Virus record (IMG/VR): IMGVR_UViG_3300042553_000685
From: a virus
Length of the DNA: 64,000 nucleotides
Strand: one strand, 5' to 3'
This document shows positions 57,732 to 64,000 of this stretch, in pieces. The notes below the pieces were generated by a model that worked only from the letters and a program-made list of their open reading frames with translations, was not told the DNA's origin and did no database searches. The stretch's first letter is position 1, and each line of letters opens with the position of its first letter. Both the position numbers and the translations under genes were made by a program.

Positions 57732-60542
57732 TTACAGGGGAGCTATTCCTCGGACTACCACTACTTCGGGGCAGTCATCGTTGGTAATTGATAAAATTGC
57801 GTTATTGATACCATCGAAAACGGTAAATTGACATCTATATTTAAGTGGATCGTCTGGGCGAGCTATATCAGTAAACTTAAATTTTTTAATTTCTCTGCTA
57901 AGTACCTTGGAACTAATATCGAATGCAAAAGGAGGAGGGGGACTGAGAAGCTCATCAAATGTAAAAGGCCCATATGTTTTAATTTCATTGTTGGCATTTT
58001 TATAAATTATATTTATCTCCCACGGGAATTGAGGTATTGGATTGTATCTTCGGGTATTTCCGCATGAAGTATCAAGAGGTTGCGACCATTCTACCGCAAG
58101 AATAATGCAAGGCTCAGGAATCTCCGTAGTAATAGAACTTCCATAAGAGAAAATTCTTGGAGTTGGCACACCGGTGCAATCAAAGCCAGGGAAAAGAGAT
58201 AATTCAAAATCTACAATTACATCGCTGGCTTTAAGTATCCAATTAGCGAGATAACCCCCTCCTGAAATAGGAAGAAGGTTGGTCGAATAAGATTCTCCCG
58301 CAATTTCTTGCCAATTTTCATTGGGGTATCTGTATCTAATCTTTTTCGGTTCTTGACCAGGGCAATATACAGCAGATTGGTTGACTTCAATGATTTTTGC
58401 TGGCCTATTGGGTAAAACCCCAGGGCAATATATCCCAGATTGGTTGACTTCAATGATTTTTGCTGGCCTATTGGGTAAAACCCCAGGGCAATATATAAAC
58501 AAGAGTTCAAATGGACAGAAGTCAAATTGACCTGCGAGACAGCCATATGGCTCTGGTGCCTCACAAATACCAAACCAGTAACAGATATTACACTCCTCGT
58601 CATCTGGGACTAGCGCGCCTGCTGCTGGTATATCATCTATAGTGCCAGTCCCCAGTATATTACCCTCTCGTATAACCAGCACGCCGCCAGGAGCAGGATT
58701 AATTCTCTCTTCCCATCGTCCTAGTACTCCTACGCGCGCTGATGGGCGTGGCATACCTAGTATTCCTGTGCCTAGGGTGGTGTTACCGTAAGTAGGTAGA
58801 TTACCAACTACGTGCAGTGCCTCTCTCCACGCCTCTGTAACATATACTTCTTGATACCCTAATCCTGTTAACCAGTTGAGAATACCCGATATAGTCACAG
58901 GGACCTTAGTTGGGGCCGGAGGTACTACTAGTGGTTTATTATACGCCGCACTAATTGAGGGTACTAGGGCCTCTAGTATGCGGCCTAGATTACCCGATCT
59001 AATGGCTGTTTTACTGAATAGGCCGAAGTCTGTAGGTAGAGCCCCTCTTACGCGCGACATTGTCTTATCTATACGATAGAGATAGTTCCTATATAGAGGG
59101 CCCAGTTCATCTAGTACTCCTAGGAATGAGGTGCTGGATAGCTCTCTAGCTAGTGATAATCCACACTCTAGTGTAGGGTCATTATCTAATATAGCGCGGT
59201 ATGTAGTATTTAAATTAACATCTCCTACTAACTCTAGTTGGAGTGCTAGGAATGTAGGACTCACTGCCTGTCCTATTACATTACTGAGGCTCGCCCGCGC
59301 CTGGCTAGGTGTATCAGCGTAGTCAACTAGCACGCGGCTTATAAGAGCCCCTAGTGTTATATTTATAGCATCAGTGCCCCAGGAAGATGTGTAATAGTAG
59401 AGGCGCGCGCTCTCTATTAATCTATGAGCATGGGGTAGGTATGATCTATCTACACGACTATAGGCCAGTATAGCTAGGGCCGCTGTTATCGTACCACTAG
59501 CTGTAGGACTATCTAGGCTAAGTGACGTGCTTAGAGGGCGGGCATCTGTCCAACCAGTAATCATTCTACCGCGGCTATCTATACGACTCACTAGATACTC
59601 TGCTAGTGGAGTGACCTTATCTCCGTAGCCCGCGATGCAGAGCGCTAGCAATACAGCAGCGCATGATCTATCCCGTACCTCTCGAGATACGCGTTTATTA
59701 TTGGGGCCCACCTCTATACAGTCGCTGCAGTTCTCTACTACGCGTATCTCAGTTAATGCCTGTAGTTTCTCTGCCTCGGGGCCGTATATATCGGCCTCAG
59801 AGCTCAGGCTATACACAAAGCGAGGGATACTCCCTCGTCTGCCCGGTAGACTGCCGGGATCCATTAGTTCTAGTAGGCCTGTGCATGCCCGTCTAATGTA
59901 TTCACTGACTGTCGCGTCTATTTCAGAACTGCGGTATATTACATTAGCGTCTGGCCGTATAGATGCCCCTACCATACCTATGATAGCCCACGCTAACTCC
60001 TCAGTATCTACCGTCTGATTCGCTAGAGAGCGCGCTATACCTAGCTGCGCGTGAGGAAGACCTTGTGTCTTGTAGTAGCGTAATAGGAACTCTCCTGCCG
60101 TTGGGCTAACGCGCACTACCTCAGCGTACGGCAGGCCTGGTATGAGAGGTGTAGTTAGCTCAAGGGTACCTTGCTTCTGTGGATATAGGGCGTAATTGGA
60201 GCGCCCCGGTGTGCCAGTGAGGGGGCACACTACACCCACGTTGATTACAGTAGCTCTATTCTCATCATCAACTTTACCCGCTATGAAGAAAGGTTTACCT
60301 GCTGGGAAGAAACCTTCTGTACCCAGCGGGCCTAGCGCCTGATTGCTCCATATACCTATTCGCTCTACGCATTGCGTAGGGGTACAGTTGATCTCCAGGC
60401 AATTGGGATCCGGTGGTAGGTCTATATTATTAGCATAGCCCTGTTTATCACTAGCCAGGAATAGCTCTACCTCTCCTATCTCAGGATCAGGTATGCCCCC
60501 CGGGATTAGTAGTCGTGATAATCTATAACGATAATTAACCAA
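57732..60542 (-). CDS. Large baseplate/tail protein (936 aa) with a Cys-rich segment and an internal 21-aa duplication
   Basis: Follows the baseplate J-like gene. It contains DDEECNICYWFGICEAPEPYGCLAGQFDFCPFE and IYCPGVLPNRPAKIIEVNQS repeated twice. Confidence 0.7.
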   Translation of the reverse strand: MVNYRYRLSRLLIPGGIPDPEIGEVELFLASDKQGYANNIDLPPDPNCLEINCTPTQCVERIGIWSNQALGPLGTEGFFPAGKPFFIAGKVDDENRATVINVGVVCPLTGTPGRSNYALYPQKQGTLELTTPLIPGLPYAEVVRVSPTAGEFLLRYYKTQGLPHAQLGIARSLANQTVDTEELAWAIIGMVGASIRPDANVIYRSSEIDATVSEYIRRACTGLLELMDPGSLPGRRGSIPRFVYSLSSEADIYGPEAEKLQALTEIRVVENCSDCIEVGPNNKRVSREVRDRSCAAVLLALCIAGYGDKVTPLAEYLVSRIDSRGRMITGWTDARPLSTSLSLDSPTASGTITAALAILAYSRVDRSYLPHAHRLIESARLYYYTSSWGTDAINITLGALISRVLVDYADTPSQARASLSNVIGQAVSPTFLALQLELVGDVNLNTTYRAILDNDPTLECGLSLARELSSTSFLGVLDELGPLYRNYLYRIDKTMSRVRGALPTDFGLFSKTAIRSGNLGRILEALVPSISAAYNKPLVVPPAPTKVPVTISGILNWLTGLGYQEVYVTEAWREALHVVGNLPTYGNTTLGTGILGMPRPSARVGVLGRWEERINPAPGGVLVIREGNILGTGTIDDIPAAGALVPDDEECNICYWFGICEAPEPYGCLAGQFDFCPFELLFIYCPGVLPNRPAKIIEVNQSGIYCPGVLPNRPAKIIEVNQSAVYCPGQEPKKIRYRYPNENWQEIAGESYSTNLLPISGGGYLANWILKASDVIVDFELSLFPGFDCTGVPTPRIFSYGSSITTEIPEPCIILAVEWSQPLDTSCGNTRRYNPIPQFPWEINIIYKNANNEIKTYGPFTFDELLSPPPPFAFDISSKVLSREIKKFKFTDIARPDDPLKYRCQFTVFDGINNAILSITNDDCPEVVVVRGIAPL
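58358..58497 (-). repeat. 63-bp tandem duplication (2 full copies plus the start of a third)
   Basis: Copies start at 58358, 58421 and 58484 (CAGGGCAATATA...). In frame they encode (I/V)YCPG... Confidence 0.9.
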
Positions 60543-61515
60543 TTGGAACCACCTCTACACTCTCTAGGACTGGCATAGTATCAACTGGTGCGAGTGGTAA
60601 TGTACTCAGCACTCGGGCTGCGCTGGCCCCTGAATTTACTAGAGCAAGACCTATACCTCTCGCTGATGGACTAGTGAGAGGAGCTAGGTTTCTGAAGTAT
60701 TGTCTTATAACTAGACCTGCGTTGACATTACCTGCTACGGCCACACGTACATTATACGGGAATGGCCGTAGTGTCCTGACCCTGAACCCGATGCCTACTG
60801 CTTTATTATTCTCTATAACCTTACTTATCTGAAATAATGTGCGCTCATCGCTCGCGTCGGTATAAACAGTTATATAGCCAGGCGTGGGGTCAGAATCAAC
60901 TATGACTATTCGGCTGAGTGTATTTATCTCGTTAATTATAGTCGCGCGTAGAGCTGATAGACTGCTGCTATCTGATAAGTCTAGGTATTCAAGGACGCGT
61001 ATGCGTAAATCATCGTCACTCTCTCTATCAGTACCATTTACGATATCACCTACGGCCTCATTGAACGGGTTTCTATATAGGCCCACTACGCCAGTAGTAC
61101 CCGTTACGGGATCGCGCAGTAGGGTGCCAGCTGGTATGACAGCCTCACCTGGCCTCCCTACTGTTACAGCTACGCGTGTCTCGCCACTATTGTTTATGGC
61201 CTCACTTAGAATAATAGTTACATTATCAGGTGTCAGCATAACAGTACCCTCTGGTGCCGGGCCCAGCACTAGGGCGTAGCCATTAGCTGGTGTGCCCTCT
61301 TTTCTAATTATCCCGTATAATAGAGCCATCGCATCTAACTCTACGTCGGTGGCATCCATTATAGTAACGGGCCGTGTCTCCTCGTATAAATCTACTATAC
61401 AGGCGGCTATAGCTCGTAATAGAAAGTATAGATTACTGAGTGGACTGATGGTACCATTTAATACTGTCCCCTGCAGTTTTTGCTGGATGGTACTTAATAT
61501 AGTGTTTAGATTCAT
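60535..61515 (-). CDS. Baseplate J-like protein
   Basis: The pattern DVELDAMALLYGIIRKEGTPANGYALVLGP matches the A.G..LD..a...G..R..a..A.G signature of baseplate J/gp47 as I recall it. Its position next to the gp25-like gene also fits. Confidence 0.6.
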   Translation of the reverse strand: MNLNTILSTIQQKLQGTVLNGTISPLSNLYFLLRAIAACIVDLYEETRPVTIMDATDVELDAMALLYGIIRKEGTPANGYALVLGPAPEGTVMLTPDNVTIILSEAINNSGETRVAVTVGRPGEAVIPAGTLLRDPVTGTTGVVGLYRNPFNEAVGDIVNGTDRESDDDLRIRVLEYLDLSDSSSLSALRATIINEINTLSRIVIVDSDPTPGYITVYTDASDERTLFQISKVIENNKAVGIGFRVRTLRPFPYNVRVAVAGNVNAGLVIRQYFRNLAPLTSPSARGIGLALVNSGASAARVLSTLPLAPVDTMPVLESVEVVPIG

Positions 61516-61574
61516 AAAAATACCTGTTATCCTAATAAGGCTTAAGATTAATTGGAACTCGCTCTAGAGAGCGC

Positions 61575-61952
61575 TTACGAAGGTGTCAATGTAGTCGTGA
61601 GAGAACGGTTATCATTATACACAACGTTAATGCGTACCTCGCGCGGGCCTGTTACCTGGATATCTACATCGCGTACACTATACACAGATGGCAAGGCGCG
61701 TAGAGCGTTGGCTATAGCTATATCAGCCCTACCTACCCAGTCAAGATTGAGGGGATCAGATAGATAATTATAGAGGGCATTGCCCACGTCAGCGTCGACT
61801 AATCGGAAGTCGCTAGTACCAGGTGCCCATATAGCTACGTGACCCAATGGAATCTCCAGAGCTCGCCTTACTAGATAGTCTCTTTCGTCTACTAGCAGTA
61901 GATCGCCAGTTGTGCTGAGGAGTATATCTCCGTCTCTCGTCGCTATATCCAC
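61575..61952 (-). CDS. gp25/GPW-like baseplate wedge protein
   Basis: 125 aa. The C-terminal ALPSVYSVRDVDIQVTGPREVRINVVY fits the gp25-like tail pattern, and the gene order supports the call. Confidence 0.5.
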   Translation of the reverse strand: MDIATRDGDILLSTTGDLLLVDERDYLVRRALEIPLGHVAIWAPGTSDFRLVDADVGNALYNYLSDPLNLDWVGRADIAIANALRALPSVYSVRDVDIQVTGPREVRINVVYNDNRSLTTTLTPS

Positions 61953-61954
61953 AG

Positions 61955-62308
61955 TTATAAAGCTATAGGGGGATAAATACTATAGGGTAGCCCCACTATC
62001 CAGTAGTCGGTGGGCGCCGTTAACGCAATAGAACAGTAGCCTCGTCTATTATTTGCCTCTAATATAAGCGTATAGTAGCCTTGAGTTAATTGATTATCCT
62101 TCTTCCATAGGAATAGGGTGCCCCTCTCCCCCTGTTCACTCTCTCGTTTCCATAGGCGCGTACTAGTAGAGCAGGGTATAAGGCGGGGGTTGGGGCTCTC
62201 ACTATAAAGAATCTCGAGCGCCAGACTATCTACATTAGGTAGAGGGGGTGCGTATACTGCTATGCCGTAGCGTATGACTTGTGGGGCGTCTACTGGTGTT
62301 ATCATCAA
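61955..62308 (-). CDS. Hypothetical baseplate-module protein (117 aa)
   Basis: ORF between the tape-measure-like ORF and the gp25-like gene. Confidence 0.5.
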   Translation of the reverse strand: MMITPVDAPQVIRYGIAVYAPPLPNVDSLALEILYSESPNPRLIPCSTSTRLWKRESEQGERGTLFLWKKDNQLTQGYYTLILEANNRRGYCSIALTAPTDYWIVGLPYSIYPPIAL

Positions 62309-62328
62309 AAAATCATAGGTTTGAAACC

Positions 62329-62431
62329 CCGTCTTAGAAGGACGGCTTTACAGTTCGCCAGGAGTTGTAGACAAGAAACTTACAATCTTCTGGCTTTGCG
62401 TTTTGGCAAGCCCCGTCGCTTCAGCGCGGGG
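62329..62431 (-). other. Two GC-rich hairpins in the 130-nt gap after the tape-measure-like ORF
   Basis: CCGTC/GACGG (62329-62345), and CCCCG-t-CGC/GCG-CGGGG (62411-62431), which is 8 bp with a 1-nt bulge. Both arms contain CCCCGTC. Confidence 0.4.
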
Positions 62432-62438
62432 TTAGTGA

Positions 62439-64000
62439 CTATTTCACTAGGTACGATGATGAGATGAGGGGAATAAGGCGGCCTCCGATAGCAGTACTGG
62501 GTATAGTATATATAATACCTCTATCATCGATGAGACGGAGATAACTGTACTGACCATCATATATAGCGTGGCCTACATTAGTCTCCCAATCATAGTCAGT
62601 TATTCTGTAGGTTAGCACTGAGGATGTATAGCTATTATCAATCTGCACTGGGTACAGAGTACTATTATCGTATGTCCAGCTATCTACTATTATTTGTAAG
62701 TCGTCCTCTCTACCGGGTAGTAACTCTAGTTGAGTATAGAACAATAATGGATTAGCTAGGCCCCACGTTAATTTAGTATTGATTGATAATATCTGTGTAT
62801 CTGCTAGAGCTAGCGTGAGACGCGGCAGTCGGAAACAGTCATCTAACCCTAGTCTCCAGCGGCCCTCCAGGAGCTCTACTGTAGTAGGTAATGGCTTTCG
62901 GGGAGTTACAGGATCCTCGTCATCAATAGGCCACTCAATTAATTCAATGATCTCTTGCTTTAACTCCTCGTCATCAATAGACCCTTCAATTAATTCAATG
63001 ATCTCTTGCTTTAACTCCTCGTCATCAATAGATCTAGACCCTTCAATTAATTCAATGATCTCTTGCTTTAACTCCTCGTCATCAATAGATCTAGACCCTT
63101 CAATTAATTCAATGATCTCTTGCTTTAACTTCTTGTCATCAATAGGTCCCTCAATTAATTCGATAATCTCTTGCCTTAACTCCTTATCTTCATTATTGAA
63201 TAGATCAATTACAGTATTGATATACTGAGTTAGACGCGGTAATAGAGATATAGTATCTAGTGTGTCTAATATATCAGTAGTACCAGAGCGGCCCGGTCGA
63301 CTCCTATTAGGCTGTGTATTGATATTACCTATGGCGGTGATTAGGTCGCGCGCCTGATCTATGATACCTAGACAAGAGATTATATCTATTAGTTGCACTA
63401 TTTTTTGGATAGGGCTACCGCTCAGCGCGCCTATCATACTGGGTATTAATGCCAGTGACTTACCTAGGGCTAGTCCGGTGCGACCTATATCAGTTGCTGC
63501 CCTGAGGAGAGCTGTATTATTCTCACCTATGATTTGGTCTAGCCCTCCTGATAGTAGGGATCTAATGCCATCACCGCGTATGATACTACCTATGTCCCCG
63601 GTGGAAATACTGTTGGCTAGTGTAGCGGCACTTTTATATATACTCTCTCCTAGTTGTTTATAGCGCACAGCATCTTTTAGTAAATCAGAGTTCAGTGTAG
63701 TGCCTAATGAACTCATGAGAGAGGTTATCTCCTTATCAACGTCTACGGCTTCGCCATTGGCCAGTCGTTTAGCTAAATTATATACATTATTGGCTAAGAC
63801 TGCTCCATCTACACCTAGTGTTCTATTTAGGTTACGACTAATAGAGTTAAGTATTAGGGCCTCTATAGTCTGTTCGTTTAGCTCCTGGCCATTTAATAGT
63901 GAGGCCCCCAGCTGCGCTAGTTGAGTGGTGTCTACGTATTGGCTAAGACCTGTGCTCCTGTATAGCCGGTCTAATGCAGGTGATACTAAGGAGTATACCC
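62439..64000 (-). CDS. Tape-measure-like tail protein, 5-prime end outside the window
   Basis: The track starts it at ATG 63716, but I read the same frame as open through 63998 with no stop. It is Gly/Ser/Leu/Ile-rich with a tandem KQEIIELIEGSRSIDDEEL repeat, and it lies directly upstream of the baseplate genes. Confidence 0.55.
   Translation of the reverse strand, partial: VYSLVSPALDRLYRSTGLSQYVDTTQLAQLGASLLNGQELNEQTIEALILNSISRNLNRTLGVDGAVLANNVYNLAKRLANGEAVDVDKEITSLMSSLGTTLNSDLLKDAVRYKQLGESIYKSAATLANSISTGDIGSIIRGDGIRSLLSGGLDQIIGENNTALLRAATDIGRTGLALGKSLALIPSMIGALSGSPIQKIVQLIDIISCLGIIDQARDLITAIGNINTQPNRSRPGRSGTTDILDTLDTISLLPRLTQYINTVIDLFNNEDKELRQEIIELIEGPIDDKKLKQEIIELIEGSRSIDDEELKQEIIELIEGSRSIDDEELKQEIIELIEGSIDDEELKQEIIELIEWPIDDEDPVTPRKPLPTTVELLEGRWRLGLDDCFRLPRLTLALADTQILSINTKLTWGLANPLLFYTQLELLPGREDDLQIIVDSWTYDNSTLYPVQIDNSYTSSVLTYRITDYDWETNVGHAIYDGQYSYLRLIDDRGIIYTIPSTAIGGRLIPLISSSYLVK
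62917..63190 (-). repeat. In-frame tandem repeat, about 5 copies of 48-57 bp
   Basis: Copies start at 62917, 62968, 63019, 63076 and 63133 (TCGTCATCAATAG...TTCAATTAATTCAATGATCTCTTGCTTTAACTCC). They encode (K/R)QEIIELIEG(SRS)IDD(E/K)(E/K)L. Confidence 0.9.

Noticed and set aside
62279-62467. 62-aa + strand ORF in the gap after the tape-measure-like ORF
   Set aside because: It covers the two GC hairpins and overlaps the ends of both neighbouring - strand genes. The hairpins are the more parsimonious feature.

Overview
The window reads as one contiguous piece of a tailed dsDNA phage or prophage genome with a two-part layout. Bases 1-24817 are almost all + strand and encode replication, recombination and nucleotide functions: a UDG-fold protein, a DnaX-like clamp loader, SF2 and SF1 helicases, a P-loop kinase, a DnaG-type primase, a RuvC-like resolvase, a Cas4/RecB-like nuclease, a radical SAM enzyme and a class II aaRS-like protein. 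Bases 24819-64000 are - strand and encode packaging and virion genes: large terminase, an 8.7-kb giant ORF, several 850-1360 aa structural proteins, a tail fibre, baseplate J and gp25-like proteins, and a tape-measure-like ORF that runs off the right edge. Three insertions that look AT-richer by eye (not computed) interrupt this backbone. They are a tRNA islet at 6.2-7.15 kb, a 7-kb island at 9.6-16.6 kb, and an opposite-strand moron island inside the tail module at 53.4-56.9 kb. The most unusual object is a roughly 6-kb head-to-tail array (10591-16562) of about 30 diverged units of 190-280 bp. Each unit is a small aromatic-rich ORF whose MK(M/K)IN start box overlaps the stop of the previous unit. 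Substitution patterns point to selection on the protein, and I cannot place the family. Other items worth follow-up are a promoter-driven 198-nt tRNA-like RNA carrying about 120 nt of extra sequence, a class II aaRS-like / radical SAM / small-peptide gene cluster, a flavoenzyme inside the tail module, three tandem paralogs in the moron island, and the 2898-aa multi-hydrophobic giant protein. All functional calls come from motifs read by eye and remembered family signatures; no database search was possible.
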